From positions 480,001 through 544,000 of the forward strand of contig CAWDEM010000008.1 in the NCBI GenBank assembly GCA_963801355.1: 64,000 nucleotides of DNA, written 5' to 3'. The position numbers and the translations under genes are program-made. Within the stretch, counting starts at the first letter, position 1, and each line of letters begins with the position of its first letter. Under the pieces are notes generated by a model. The model worked only from the letters and a program-made list of their open reading frames with translations, had not been told where the DNA came from and did no database searches. Shown here one piece after another: positions 19,265-30,029 of this stretch. Source of the stretch: Ignavibacteriota bacterium (GTDB lineage Bacteria; Bacteroidota; Ignavibacteria; UBA10030; UBA6906).

Positions 19265-19624
19265 ATGATGGACCAGGAGCGATTCGAGCAAATCGTCGAA
19301 GAAGAGTTTGAGAGAGTCCCGGATCTCTTCCGGCAGAAGCTCGAGAACGTTCGCATCGTTGTGGAAGAGGAGCCGGGCTCGCAGCGGCTGCGCAGCCGGG
19401 GATTGCTGCTGGGGTTGTACGAGGGAGTCCCGCTCAGCAAGCGGGGCAGCGATTATGGTGTGTATCCGGTGATACCTGACACCATCACACTGTTCAGAAA
19501 GAATATCGAATCGATTGCGGCCAACGAAGAAGAAGTCCGGTATCAGATTCGCATGACGTTGATTCATGAAATAGGCCACTACTACGGCATGTCGGAGGCG
19601 GAAATCCGCCGTGCCGGTTATTGA
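19265..19624 (+). CDS. Minimal zincin-like metallopeptidase (DUF1025 type)
   Basis: 'LLGLYEGVPL', 'PDTITLFR', 'TLIHEIGHYYG' HExxH motif. Confidence 0.9.
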   Translation: MMDQERFEQIVEEEFERVPDLFRQKLENVRIVVEEEPGSQRLRSRGLLLGLYEGVPLSKRGSDYGVYPVIPDTITLFRKNIESIAANEEEVRYQIRMTLIHEIGHYYGMSEAEIRRAGY

Positions 19625-19658
19625 ATGACTGAGTTCATACGAGAAAGGAAAACCTCCG

Positions 19659-19958
19659 ATGTCCAAAGTTCTGTTTACGATTTCGTACACGGTCAAGCCG
19701 GACTCCCGGGACGCCTACCTGCAGCATGTCAGAGGCCTTCGGGAGCATCTCCGGACACGGGCAAAAAAGGATTACGGGCTGTACGAGGCGAAAGGGAAGA
19801 AAGATCAGTTCATGGAGGTGTTCGTGAGTGAGAGCATGGAAGATTTTGATGCTCTGGAAGACAATCTCGACCCGGAAACGGAATCGATGATCGCCAAGGT
19901 TGAAGAGTTTGTTGATGAAAAAGGGATGAAGTACTCGACGATGGTCGAAGTTCAATAG
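19659..19958 (+). CDS. Hypothetical protein (possible dimeric alpha/beta-barrel)
   Basis: GAAAGGA RBS, typical codon usage, in operon context. Confidence 0.65.
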   Translation: MSKVLFTISYTVKPDSRDAYLQHVRGLREHLRTRAKKDYGLYEAKGKKDQFMEVFVSESMEDFDALEDNLDPETESMIAKVEEFVDEKGMKYSTMVEVQ

Positions 19959-19965
19959 GTCCGCC

Positions 19966-20445
19966 GTGGTACAGAAGATCGATCCGATCGCACGGTTCAT
20001 GCAGGAGCATTCCGTCACGCTTCTGCAGCTTTCTGCCCTGAACCGGGCATCCCGCGATTTGGAGGAGCGAGGATTTTCTGACGAAGCATTCGGGCGTCTC
20101 CTCACCGCGCTCGATTTCCTGCAGGAGGAAGTGGGTCATCACAATGCCCGGGAAGAGACAGCGCTCTTTCCCGTGCTTGACAGATACGTTGAAGGTCCAA
20201 CCTCGGTCATGCGGCGGGAGCACAAGACCCTGAAACGGGAGCTCCGTCGCCTCAAGACATCAGTGAAAGCAGTCGAGCAGAAGCGGTCTTCAAAACGGAC
20301 AATCAGGGAGATGAGGGCACAATCCAGACTGGTGGTCCAACAGTTTGTGAACCACATTCACAAGGAAAACAACATCCTCTTCCCCCTTGTCCAGAAGTTC
20401 TTGACCAAGGATGCACTCCGTGAAATCGCCCGGAGAATGGCGTAG
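19966..20445 (+). CDS. Hemerythrin-like HHE domain protein
   Basis: 'FMQEH', 'HHNAREETALFP', 'MRREH', 'HIHKENNILFP'. Confidence 0.9.
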   Translation: MVQKIDPIARFMQEHSVTLLQLSALNRASRDLEERGFSDEAFGRLLTALDFLQEEVGHHNAREETALFPVLDRYVEGPTSVMRREHKTLKRELRRLKTSVKAVEQKRSSKRTIREMRAQSRLVVQQFVNHIHKENNILFPLVQKFLTKDALREIARRMA

Positions 20446-20531
20446 CGCTTCTGAGCGTGCAGCGCGTACTCTTCGCATGAAACTCATCGGCACAATTCCT
20501 CGAACGCATCTCATCTGGCGAGCATAATTTC

Positions 20532-20906
20532 TTGATACTTAAACAGTTACGCAAAATTGATTCAACAACAATCTTCCTTGTGTGGGATGATGCGCACGAA
20601 GGTCCGGTGACCATGCGGCGGTTGCGAGATGCATGTCCTTGTGCCGGATGCCAGGGAGAAACGGTACTGCTACACCGGTATGCCGCGCCGGAAAGGGACC
20701 CGTTGGAGCCGGAAGCCTATGATCTGAAAGATGTGGAGGTCGTTGGCAACTATGCGATCAAGCCATCCTGGGGAGACGGGCACGACCAGGGGATCTATAC
20801 GTGGGAGCACCTGCGCTCTCTGTGCGAATGTCCTGAGTGCTCCATCCGGAGCACAGAGGGCTCCTCACGGCGGACAGCAGGCTCCAGCCGGGGAGATGGA
20901 CAGTGA
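20532..20906 (+). CDS. DUF971 / GBBH-like N-terminal domain protein
   Basis: 'LRDACPCAGC', 'VGNYAIKPSWGDGHDQGIYTWEHLR'. Confidence 0.9.
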   Translation: MILKQLRKIDSTTIFLVWDDAHEGPVTMRRLRDACPCAGCQGETVLLHRYAAPERDPLEPEAYDLKDVEVVGNYAIKPSWGDGHDQGIYTWEHLRSLCECPECSIRSTEGSSRRTAGSSRGDGQ

Positions 20907-21403
20907 GCAACGCAATCGACGTGAGACTCATCCTTGAGCGTTTTCCCTATGGCGTTTTCGTTGTTGCTACTGCCACGCCAAAAGGCGAGGTGCTGGGAAT
21001 TCTGGCCACCTGGGTCACCCAGGTCTCATTTGAACCGCCCCTGATTGCAGTCTCCGTTGAGACGGGAGGGAACTTCGGTCAGGCTCTGGGCAGATCCGGT
21101 CAATTCTCGCTGAATCTCCTGCGGAGCGGAGACCTCCGTCTGGCAAGGGAAATACTAAAGTCCGGCCCGCTGCTCGAAGAACATGGTGTCCGGAAGGAGT
21201 TCGTGATCTCTCCAGGGGGATCACCGGTACTCCAGAAATCGGCCGGAGCGCTTCTGTGCCGCGTCACACAGATGCACGAAGCAGGGGACCATCAGCTCAT
21301 CGTTGCTGAAGTGACCGGAGGGTTTGACTCGCAGGGCATGGAGTCAATGACGCTTCGCGAAACGGGTTGGAAGTACCGCAGGAAAAATTCTTCGAATCCT
21401 TAG
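20903..21403 (+). CDS. Flavin reductase-like (FMN-binding) protein
   Basis: GTGA overlap start; 'PYGVFVV', 'WVTQVSFEPPLIAVSV', 'AGDHQLIVAEV'. Confidence 0.88.
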   Translation: MSNAIDVRLILERFPYGVFVVATATPKGEVLGILATWVTQVSFEPPLIAVSVETGGNFGQALGRSGQFSLNLLRSGDLRLAREILKSGPLLEEHGVRKEFVISPGGSPVLQKSAGALLCRVTQMHEAGDHQLIVAEVTGGFDSQGMESMTLRETGWKYRRKNSSNP

Positions 21404-21414
21404 GGGGCTGGCAC

Positions 21415-21600
21415 ATGGCCGCGACCGATACGTTCGAAAACAGCATCGCGCAGATGACAGCCGCACAGAGACAGATGTTGTCGGGCTTCATCGCTCAGAC
21501 CCGCGAGCAGATCCTTATGGCCCGGAGCGAAGACGCCCGGCTACGCTTGCTGGCGGTATACTTCGAGGAAGCACACAACCGGCTGCAGGGGGTGAGGTAA
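21415..21600 (+). CDS. Small hypothetical helical protein (61 aa)
   Basis: AGGGGG RBS-like sequence upstream, GC3-rich codons, closes the operon. Confidence 0.55.
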   Translation: MAATDTFENSIAQMTAAQRQMLSGFIAQTREQILMARSEDARLRLLAVYFEEAHNRLQGVR

Positions 21601-21649
21601 GGTGGGCGCAGGGCCGCCGGGCAATGGGCCGGCTCCCTGTCCCTTCCGT

Positions 21650-23482
21650 CTAATTCCTTCGCTGCATCGTCGCTGTCACCTTCAACGTTTCCCCGCCTCT
21701 CAGCACGACGACTTCCACCTGGTCTCCTGCTTTCAGCTCACCCAGTACTCCCATGTAATCATAGACGTTCAGAATCTTGTGTCCCGCAAGACCGAGGATG
21801 ACGTCACCGGTCTTCAGTCCGGCCTTTTCGGCTGCACCGTTGGGGCGAACGCCGCTGATCTTCATGCCCGTGCTTCCCTCGGCCACATCGGGCACAATGC
21901 CGAGCGAGACTGAGAAGCCCCTGCTGTCGCCGCCGGCATTGCCGCGGCTTCCCGCCGCCACCTGCACTCGCGTAAATGGGGGGCGCACAGCCATGGTATC
22001 GATCGCCATTGCGATCCGGTACACGTACGAAGTCACCTTTTCTTCGCCGGCATAATTGATCTTCTCCCAGTCGTCCCCCGGCTTGTGGTAGTCGTCATGA
22101 TAACCGGTGAAGAAGAAGAGCACAGGGATGTCTTTGGCGTAGAATGATGTCTGATCGCTCCCGCCGTATCCGTCTGGACTGAGTGTCAGAACGAACGCCG
22201 AATCCTTGTTCTGCGCGGCGAGCAGCTCGTTCCAAAGTGATGACGTGCCGCTGCCGCTCACCGTGAGTGCGCGGTTCTGCAGCCGTCCGACCATGTCGAG
22301 GTTCAGCATTGCCACTGTCTGCTTGAGCGGGAAGAACGGATGCTCCACATAGAAGCCCGAGCCGAGCAAGCCCAATTCCTCGCCGGAAAAGAAGATGAAC
22401 ACGAATGATCGTTTGATCTGTGCCGAACGAGCCGCAAATGCCTGTGAGAGTTCCAGCAGGGCGGAGGTGCCGGAGGCGTTGTCGTCGGCGCCGTTGTGAA
22501 TCGCCACGGTGTCGGGCATCATGGATCCTGATCCTGGGCCTCCCATGCCGAGATGGTCCATATGAGCGCCAAGGACGATGACCTCATTCTTGAGCACAGG
22601 ATCGTTCCCCTCAAGATAGGCAACGATATTTGATGTCTGTGACATCACGCGCGTGATTTCCGTCTCCATGTCGACCGTGGCGCCGGCAAGTTCGAACGAA
22701 TGGGGGGCATTGGTGCTGCGTATCGTATCCTGCAATGCCTTCAGAGTGAAGCCTGAGGGGGCCAGGAGGAGTTCGATCGCCTCCCGCTTCATCGTCACCG
22801 CAGGAATGCCGGAGGATCCCGCACCCTGGTCGGTGCCGAGCTTGATGAGGCCATCCTCGGATTCGTCCGCAGGTCCGGTGATCATAATCATGCCGGCTGC
22901 GCCCTTCTCACGGGCAATGCGTGCCTTGTTGCGCGGCGCCGTGTATTTGTAGTACGCGCTTTTCGGAGTGCTGCCGTCGGGCGCAAACCGCAGCATGATC
23001 ACCACTTTGTCCTTCACGTCCATGCCGGCATAATCATCGTACGGCGTGCCGGGTGCGGAGATGCCGTATCCTACAAAGACAAGCGGGGCTTGTGCGGAGC
23101 CTGTCGCGCTGAAGCCCAAAGGCCGGAAGTCGGCCTCCAGCTTCATCACCGTTGTTCCGCCCGGGAGGACAGGGGCATGGATGACGCACCGGTTCTGTTC
23201 GCCCGCTGTCACTGCGGACACGAAATCAAAAGGCTGGAAAAAAGTGCCGTTGTCGCCGGCAGGCTTCAAACCCCAGAGTTTCAAATCCGTGGCGATATAG
23301 ATCGCAGCCTCGATATTTCCCTGGCTGCCGGAACGTCTGCCCTGGAGTTCATCGGAGGCGAGATACTTGACGTACGACCGCAATTCATCCGCCGTGATCT
23401 CAGCGGAGGATGTTTGTGCGATGCCCTGTGCCGGTCCTGCGACGAGTGCGGCGATCGCGGCGATGGCGATCCACTTCATCAT
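21650..23482 (-). CDS. Secreted M28 family aminopeptidase with PA and C-terminal PDZ domains
   Basis: Signal peptide; 'LASDELQGR', 'GAHMDHLG', 'NGADDNASG', 'GEELGLLGS', 'NLDMVGR', 'DYHKPGD'; PDZ 'LGIVPD..GAAEKAGLKTGDVI'. Confidence 0.92.
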   Translation of the reverse strand: MMKWIAIAAIAALVAGPAQGIAQTSSAEITADELRSYVKYLASDELQGRRSGSQGNIEAAIYIATDLKLWGLKPAGDNGTFFQPFDFVSAVTAGEQNRCVIHAPVLPGGTTVMKLEADFRPLGFSATGSAQAPLVFVGYGISAPGTPYDDYAGMDVKDKVVIMLRFAPDGSTPKSAYYKYTAPRNKARIAREKGAAGMIMITGPADESEDGLIKLGTDQGAGSSGIPAVTMKREAIELLLAPSGFTLKALQDTIRSTNAPHSFELAGATVDMETEITRVMSQTSNIVAYLEGNDPVLKNEVIVLGAHMDHLGMGGPGSGSMMPDTVAIHNGADDNASGTSALLELSQAFAARSAQIKRSFVFIFFSGEELGLLGSGFYVEHPFFPLKQTVAMLNLDMVGRLQNRALTVSGSGTSSLWNELLAAQNKDSAFVLTLSPDGYGGSDQTSFYAKDIPVLFFFTGYHDDYHKPGDDWEKINYAGEEKVTSYVYRIAMAIDTMAVRPPFTRVQVAAGSRGNAGGDSRGFSVSLGIVPDVAEGSTGMKISGVRPNGAAEKAGLKTGDVILGLAGHKILNVYDYMGVLGELKAGDQVEVVVLRGGETLKVTATMQRRN

Positions 23483-23551
23483 ACGGTACACCCTTTCGTA
23501 AGAATATTTCTCGTATCATGATACGTCCTCTGACGTTCAGTTGCAACAATG

Positions 23552-23580
23552 TTGACATTCGGAGGAATCGTAAATATATT
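23552..23580 (+). promoter_or_regulatory. Sigma70-like promoter for yqeY-mutS2
   Basis: TTGACA (23552-23557) - 17 bp - TATATT (23575-23580). Confidence 0.75.
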
Positions 23581-23609
23581 CAATGATGGAAATTACCAGG
23601 AAAACAGCC

Positions 23610-24068
23610 ATGACGCTGAAAGAGAAGATCGCCGAAGACATGAAGCACGCGATGAAGAGCGGGGAGAAGCTCCGTCTGGAGACTCTGCGCACGCTGCGCG
23701 CTGCATTGATGGAAAAAGAAATTGACCGGCGGGGGAGCGGACAGCCGGTGACGCCGGAAGACGAAATCGGCGTGTTGACCTCGGCCGCCAAGAAGCGCAA
23801 GGAATCCATTGAGCAGTTCGGCCGGGGCGGGCGGGAAGATCTTGTGGCACAGGAAACCAGCGAACTGCAGATCATCCAGGAGTACCTTCCCCGCCAGATG
23901 ACGCGCGACGAGGTCATTGCAGTCATACGCCGGATCATCGGCGAGACGGGCGCTTCTTCCGCAGCGGATTTTTCCAAAGTCATGCCTCTGGCGATGAGGG
24001 AGTTGAAAGGCAAGATGGAAGGGAACCTCGTGCGGGATGCTGTCCTGGAGTTGCTTGGTGGGAAATGA
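23610..24068 (+). CDS. yqeY: GatB/YqeY domain protein
   Basis: 'LKEKIAEDMKHAMKSG..RLETLR', 'KKRKESIEQF..GGREDL', 'EYLPRQM'. Confidence 0.93.
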   Translation: MTLKEKIAEDMKHAMKSGEKLRLETLRTLRAALMEKEIDRRGSGQPVTPEDEIGVLTSAAKKRKESIEQFGRGGREDLVAQETSELQIIQEYLPRQMTRDEVIAVIRRIIGETGASSAADFSKVMPLAMRELKGKMEGNLVRDAVLELLGGK

Positions 24069-24072
24069 GTGC

Positions 24073-26445
24073 ATGACTCCGTTTGACAGCGCCCTGGAGA
24101 AGCTCGAGTTTGAAAAGATCCGCCAGCGGATCGTGCGGTATGCGGTGTCCGATCCGGGGCGAGAACTGCTTTCCGTGTTGGACATACGGACGGATCCGGA
24201 ACTCATCCGGCAGCTGCTGGACGAAGTGAGCGACATGAAGCGGCTGCTCGAGGCGGAGAATGACCTCCCGCTGACCGGTATCCAGCCTGTCCGGAATGCG
24301 CTGCAGAAGTCGGGTCTGGAAGGAAGCATGCTCACCGCGCGCGAGATCGCCCAGGTGGGCAGTACGCTGGGAGCGGCGCGTGCGTTGCGAACGTTTCTGT
24401 TCCGGCGCCGGGAGTCGCACCCGCTGGTGTGGAACCTTGCCGACGGATTGCACGTGGACAAGGTGCTGGAGTTCAATATCGAGCGGGCCGTCGAGGAGAG
24501 TGGCGCAGTCCGGGCCGACGCATCGCGCGAACTGCAGTCGATCCGTCGTGCCATCGGCGACCGGTCCGATGAATTGCGCAAGCGCCTGGAAGGCATCCTC
24601 CGCGGCGTGACCGATCTGGGATTCACCCAGGAAGAGATCATCACGACGCGCGAAGGACGGATGGTGATCCCGGTGAAGGTGGAACACAAGAAACACGTTC
24701 CGGGATTCATCCACAGTGCTTCTGCCAGCGGCGCGACGGTGTTCATCGAGCCCACCGAGACGCTCGAATTGAACAACGACATCCGGAGCCTCCAGTTTCA
24801 GGAACAGCGCGAGGTGGAGCGCATCCTGCGTGAACTCACCGTGCAGATCGGCGAGGGGCGTGAAGCGCTGATCCGCAATCTGGACCTGCTCGCTGCGCTC
24901 GATGTGTTACAGGCGAAGGCAAAGTACTCGATCGAAGTGCTCGGCGTGGCCCCGGAGATCACCACGGGCGGCCCTGTGAGATTGCAGAAGGCGCGTCACC
25001 CCGTTCTCCTGATTCACCATGGCGTGCAGGGAGCCGTGCCGCTCGACATCGAGATCGGTGGTTCGTACACGACCCTTGTCATCAGCGGACCGAATGCGGG
25101 GGGAAAATCGGTTGCCATGAAGTGCCTGGGTCTGCTTGTGCTCATGGCGCAGGCGGGTTTGCACATCCCGGCGGGACCCGATTCCACGCTGCGGGTATTC
25201 CGCCGGATCTTCGTGGATATCGGTGACGAGCAGTCTATCGAGAGCGACCTGAGCACGTTCAGCTCGCATCTTGCGCACTTGAAGGAAATCACCGCGGGGG
25301 CGGATGCCGGGAGCCTGGTGTTGATTGATGAGATCGGAACGGGGACCGATCCCGCCGAAGGGGGAGCGATCGCCGCGGTGGTGCTCGAGTATCTGACGGC
25401 GCGCGGAGCCCTGACGATAGCAACGACGCATCACGGGGCCCTGAAGGTGTTTGCCCACGAGACACCGGGCATTGAAAACGGCGCGATGGAGTTCGATCAG
25501 CGCACTCTCACGCCCACATACCGGTTCCATGCGCAAATTCCTGGGAGCAGTTACGCTCTGGAGATGGCGGACCGTCTGGGATTCCGGCCGGAACTGATGG
25601 CGCGCGCGCGAGAGTTACTCGGCGGCGCGCATATGCGTCTGGAGGAATTAATCCAGGAGCTGGAAACCACCGCGCAGGAGCACCGGAAGGAATTGCAGAC
25701 CGCTCATGCCGAGCGGGAACGGGCGTCGACGATTGCGCGCGAGTATGACGCCAGGATAGGTGCGCTCGCGGCTGAGCTCCGGGAAATGAAGCGGAAGGCT
25801 GTCGAGGAAGCGAAGACAGTCCTTGACCGGGCCAATGCCGTTATTGAAAAGAGCGTAAAGGAGATTCGCGAACAGGGGGCATCGCGAGACGTCGTGCGCT
25901 CGGTCCGGGAAGAAGTACGTGAAGTCCGCGAATACCTCACGGCGGAGACGGAAAGCACTCCGCCGGCGCTGGAGGAAGAGAACTCACGCGAAGCGATCGC
26001 GCTGGGAAGCGTTGTTACTCTCAGCGGCCGTTCCGATCCCGGAGAGGTGTATGCAATCTCCCCCGACAGGAAGTCGGCCGTTGTGGTGTTCGGGAGCGTG
26101 AAGCTGCGGGTGGCTCTGTCAGACATCCAGCCAACGGCACGGAAGCTTCCGGCTCGACGGGAAAGGGGATCGATGCTGCCCGAGCGAACCGGTCCCGTGC
26201 AGCGCGAGCTGGACCTCCGCGGCATGACCGCAGATGAGGCGTTTCCGCTCATAGACAAGTTCATTGACGACGCCATACTGGCGGGATTGAGCAGGATTGA
26301 CGTGATACACGGCAAAGGCACCGGCGCACTTCGCAAGAAAGTGTCCGCGTTTCTGAGCCGCCATCCCCGCGTCCGCTCATTCCGGCTGGGGGAATGGAAC
26401 GAAGGGGGTGTCGGCGCGACCGTTGTAGAACTTAACGAAGAGTAA
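24073..26445 (+). CDS. mutS2: Endonuclease MutS2 (with Smr domain)
   Basis: 'LEKLEFEKI', 'SASGATVFIEP', Walker A 'SGPNAGGKS', 'DIGDEQSIESDLSTFSSH', 'DEIGTGTDP', Smr 'IHGKGTG'. Confidence 0.96.
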   Translation: MTPFDSALEKLEFEKIRQRIVRYAVSDPGRELLSVLDIRTDPELIRQLLDEVSDMKRLLEAENDLPLTGIQPVRNALQKSGLEGSMLTAREIAQVGSTLGAARALRTFLFRRRESHPLVWNLADGLHVDKVLEFNIERAVEESGAVRADASRELQSIRRAIGDRSDELRKRLEGILRGVTDLGFTQEEIITTREGRMVIPVKVEHKKHVPGFIHSASASGATVFIEPTETLELNNDIRSLQFQEQREVERILRELTVQIGEGREALIRNLDLLAALDVLQAKAKYSIEVLGVAPEITTGGPVRLQKARHPVLLIHHGVQGAVPLDIEIGGSYTTLVISGPNAGGKSVAMKCLGLLVLMAQAGLHIPAGPDSTLRVFRRIFVDIGDEQSIESDLSTFSSHLAHLKEITAGADAGSLVLIDEIGTGTDPAEGGAIAAVVLEYLTARGALTIATTHHGALKVFAHETPGIENGAMEFDQRTLTPTYRFHAQIPGSSYALEMADRLGFRPELMARARELLGGAHMRLEELIQELETTAQEHRKELQTAHAERERASTIAREYDARIGALAAELREMKRKAVEEAKTVLDRANAVIEKSVKEIREQGASRDVVRSVREEVREVREYLTAETESTPPALEEENSREAIALGSVVTLSGRSDPGEVYAISPDRKSAVVVFGSVKLRVALSDIQPTARKLPARRERGSMLPERTGPVQRELDLRGMTADEAFPLIDKFIDDAILAGLSRIDVIHGKGTGALRKKVSAFLSRHPRVRSFRLGEWNEGGVGATVVELNEE

Positions 26446-26495
26446 ACGTGGCCGGGCGATGCACACAGGCTGTCAGAAGCGGACACCGGCGCGGT

Positions 26496-27758
26496 GTGAA
26501 GGCATTGATGATCACACTGCTCTGGTCATTGCGCACGATCCTGGGTGATCCCGCCCTAGCCGGTGGTTTCGAGGTGCCCGGGATCTCAGCGCGCAGCGCT
26601 GGTATGGGAGGATCCATATCGATGCTGACCGGCAGTCCGATATCGGCATACGTCAATCCGGCCTCCCTGACGCATCTCCGGGGGACCCAGTTTTCGATCG
26701 GAACGATGGTTACGCTCCCGAACTTCCGGTTCACCGAAAATTTTGACACCGGTGTGGCCACGAAAATGCAGACACAGGTGTTGTTCCCACCGAACATCTG
26801 TCTTACGCATACGTTTCCTTCCGGTCTCGGGTTAGGTCTTGCGGCGACCATCCCGTTCTCGAGCAAGACCGATTGGGGAGTAGACTGGATCGGCCGTAAT
26901 CTGATCGCCGGGTCCGAGTTGCGGGGACTCGTGTTCACCCCCATGCTGTCGTTTCGGGCCACCGACGCCCTGTCGATCGGCATCGGGATCAATGTCACAT
27001 CGTTTCGATACCTCCGCAGCTCGCGTTTGCTGCTCCATCACACGATGGAACCCTCCGGGGCAGAGGGAACGGAGCGGATGGAGGGAAATGGATCAGCCGC
27101 GATCGGGGTCCAGGTGGGAATGATGATCGTTCCCGATGAGGCCCTATCCTTCGGCGTCGCCTACAGAACCAGGAGCACGGTCTCGATAGAAGGCGGAGGC
27201 GTCACGTATGAATGGCCAGCCTCGCTGGTGCCCCCCTCGGAATGGGCCACATCCACCTTCAGCACGTCGCTGACATTGCCGGACAAGATTCATGCCGGCA
27301 TGAGTATCCGCCCGGTGGCCCCGCTTCTCCTCACTGGCGAGCTGGAATTCACGCGATGGTCAGCCCTTGGGGAGCAGCTCGTGAGCGTGGGAAATCCGAC
27401 CACCCATGTCATCGTGGAGCAGCAGGATTGGAGCGATGTGCTTGGGGCACATGCGGGGGTCGAGCTGCTTATTGGGGATGTCGCCCTCAGAGCCGGAGTG
27501 ATGTTCAATAAGAGCCCCATACCCGACGCGCAATTGCGTCCTTCAGTCCTGGACGCGAATTGCACGGCGTACACGGCGGGAATCGGCTATTTGATCGGTG
27601 AAGGGCTCACACTGGATGTCGCCTTGCAGTCGTTGGATTATCAGGACCGGACGATCACCAGCTCTGCGGTGCTGTCGGCCGCCGGTTCGCCGATGAACGG
27701 TACGTACGAAATGAGCGCAACAGTTGTGGGTCTAAATGTGAGCTACTCATGGAAATGA
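26496..27758 (+). CDS. OmpP1/FadL family outer-membrane transporter
   Basis: '[14 protein letters not shown]', 'YVNPASL' hatch motif, beta-strand pattern, terminal 'VSYSW'. Start uncertain (26448, 26496 or 26508). Confidence 0.85.
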   Translation: MKALMITLLWSLRTILGDPALAGGFEVPGISARSAGMGGSISMLTGSPISAYVNPASLTHLRGTQFSIGTMVTLPNFRFTENFDTGVATKMQTQVLFPPNICLTHTFPSGLGLGLAATIPFSSKTDWGVDWIGRNLIAGSELRGLVFTPMLSFRATDALSIGIGINVTSFRYLRSSRLLLHHTMEPSGAEGTERMEGNGSAAIGVQVGMMIVPDEALSFGVAYRTRSTVSIEGGGVTYEWPASLVPPSEWATSTFSTSLTLPDKIHAGMSIRPVAPLLLTGELEFTRWSALGEQLVSVGNPTTHVIVEQQDWSDVLGAHAGVELLIGDVALRAGVMFNKSPIPDAQLRPSVLDANCTAYTAGIGYLIGEGLTLDVALQSLDYQDRTITSSAVLSAAGSPMNGTYEMSATVVGLNVSYSWK

Positions 27759-30013
27759 CTGCAGGACTTCCGGAAAACTTTCCAGGCGAGCCCGAAGTAA
27801 CATTTGAACTCGCGAAACAGCACGGTTTGAACGAGGAAGAGTACGGAAAGATCCTCGCGCTTCTGGGCCGGATACCGACATACACCGAGCTCGGCATCTA
27901 CAGCGTCATGTGGAGTGAACACTGCAGTTACAAGAATTCCATCGCCGTCGTCAAGACGCTTCCGCGGAGCGGCGGGCGGCTGCTGGTGAGTGCGGGGGAG
28001 GAAAACGCGGGACTCGTGGACATCGGTGAGGGACTTGCGGTGGCATTCAAAATCGAGAGCCACAATCATCCCTCGGCGGTAGAACCGTATCAGGGGGCCG
28101 CAACGGGTGTCGGCGGGATCATGCGTGACATATTCACCATGGGAGCGCGTCCCATCGCTTCGCTCAATTCCCTGCGTTTTGGCGACTTGAAGCATCCCCG
28201 GACCCGTTTCCTCGTTGACGGTGTGGTTCGGGGGATCGGTGACTACGGGAACAGTTTCGGGGTGCCCACAGTGGCTGGCGAAGTGTACTTCGATGCGTGC
28301 TACCACGAGAACCCGTTGGTCAATGCCATGTCTGTCGGCGTTGTTAAGCACGGCGAGTGGGCCAGCGCGACCGCAAAGGGGCGGGGAAATCCGGTGATGA
28401 TCGTAGGCTCGGCGACCGGGAGGGATGGCATCCACGGAGCCACGTTTGCATCAGAGGAGATCTCCGAGGAATCCGAAAAGAAACGTCCGTCGGTGCAGGT
28501 GGGGGACCCCTTCACCGAGAAGCTCCTGCTGGAGGCCACGCTGGAGGCGATCAGGACAGGTTTGGTCGTGGGGATACAGGATATGGGTGCAGCGGGGATA
28601 ATTTGTTCAACATCAGAGATGAGCGCCCGCGGGAAATGCGGAATGGACATTAACCTGGACCATGTGCCGGCGCGGGAAACCAGCATGTCCGCGTACGAAT
28701 TGATGCTTTCTGAGTCACAGGAACGCATGCTGGTGGTGGTGCAAAAGGGGCGTGAGGATGATGTCCGGGCGGTTTTCAGCAAGTGGGATCTGCACGCCGA
28801 GATCATCGGCGAAGTGATTGACGGGGACCGGCTGATCGTACGCTACCGGGGGAGGAAGGTTGCCGATGTTTCTCCTGATTCGCTCGTATTGGGAGGAGGT
28901 GCTCCCGTTTACACCCGGGAAGCCAGAAGGCCGGATTATCTGGATGCGGTGCAGAAGTTCGATCCCGGCCGCATCCCCGTTCCCGGGAATCTGATGGAAG
29001 TCCTCGTCACATTGTTGAGTGACCCGAACATTGCGTCCAAACATTGGGTCTACGATCAATACGACAGTATGGTGAGGACAAATAACGTAGTTTTAGCTGG
29101 AGCTGATGCCGCAATAGTCAATGTACAGCATACAGTTAAGGGGTTAGCTTTAAAAACTGACTGCAATGGTAGATACGTTTACCTCAACCCGCGGCTTGGG
29201 GGAAAGATAGCGGTGGCGGAGGCTGCGCGGAACGTGGCATGCACGGGAGCCGTTCCTGTAGCGATAACGAATTGTCTCAATTTCGGGAATCCGTACAAGC
29301 CGGGGGTATACTGGCAGTTCACGGAGGCTGTTGCGGGGATTGGAGAAGCCTGCCGGGTGTTTGGCACACCCGTAACGGGGGGAAATGTAAGTTTTTACAA
29401 CGAGAGTCCTACGGCCAGCGTTTATCCGACACCCGTTATTGGTATGCTGGGTGTGCTGGATGATGTGCGCAAGGCGACCAGGGCATTTTTCAGAAATCCC
29501 GGCGACCGGATATATTTGCTTGGCAAGTGTAACGGGCACATAGGCGGCTCGGAATACCTAGCAGTTGTTCATCAGACGATTGCCGGCGATGCTCCGCCCA
29601 TCGATTTGGACGAGGAGAAACGTCTGCAGGGACTCCTCGCAGGTCTGTCTGCAGGCGGTGTGCTTGCGTCAGCGCATGACTGTTCGGAGGGTGGGTTTGC
29701 CACGGCCCTCGCAGAGTGTTGTCTGTTGAACAGGAAGAAGCAACTCGGGGCTCGGGTGCGCATGCCGGCAGGAGGGATCCGACCCGACGCGGTGCTTTTT
29801 GGTGAGGATCAATCCAGAGTCATTGTGAGCGTGGCACCAGAACAGTCGGAGAATCTGGTTGCAGAGTCAAGCCGGGCCGGCATCAATATTACAGACCTGG
29901 GAGAAGTGCTGGAAGAGCGTCTACTGGAGATAGAGGGATGCGGAAAGATCGGCCTTGAAATACTGGACAATGCATATTTCGATGCGATCGGGGAGAGGAT
30001 GCAAATTTCATAA
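27749..30013 (+). CDS. purL: Phosphoribosylformylglycinamidine synthase subunit PurL (small type)
   Basis: 'MWSEHCSYK', '[21 protein letters not shown]', 'QDMGAAG', 'SESQERM', 'GGNVSFYN'. Confidence 0.98.
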   Translation: MEMTAGLPENFPGEPEVTFELAKQHGLNEEEYGKILALLGRIPTYTELGIYSVMWSEHCSYKNSIAVVKTLPRSGGRLLVSAGEENAGLVDIGEGLAVAFKIESHNHPSAVEPYQGAATGVGGIMRDIFTMGARPIASLNSLRFGDLKHPRTRFLVDGVVRGIGDYGNSFGVPTVAGEVYFDACYHENPLVNAMSVGVVKHGEWASATAKGRGNPVMIVGSATGRDGIHGATFASEEISEESEKKRPSVQVGDPFTEKLLLEATLEAIRTGLVVGIQDMGAAGIICSTSEMSARGKCGMDINLDHVPARETSMSAYELMLSESQERMLVVVQKGREDDVRAVFSKWDLHAEIIGEVIDGDRLIVRYRGRKVADVSPDSLVLGGGAPVYTREARRPDYLDAVQKFDPGRIPVPGNLMEVLVTLLSDPNIASKHWVYDQYDSMVRTNNVVLAGADAAIVNVQHTVKGLALKTDCNGRYVYLNPRLGGKIAVAEAARNVACTGAVPVAITNCLNFGNPYKPGVYWQFTEAVAGIGEACRVFGTPVTGGNVSFYNESPTASVYPTPVIGMLGVLDDVRKATRAFFRNPGDRIYLLGKCNGHIGGSEYLAVVHQTIAGDAPPIDLDEEKRLQGLLAGLSAGGVLASAHDCSEGGFATALAECCLLNRKKQLGARVRMPAGGIRPDAVLFGEDQSRVIVSVAPEQSENLVAESSRAGINITDLGEVLEERLLEIEGCGKIGLEILDNAYFDAIGERMQIS

Positions 30014-30029
30014 AGTGACATAATACATA

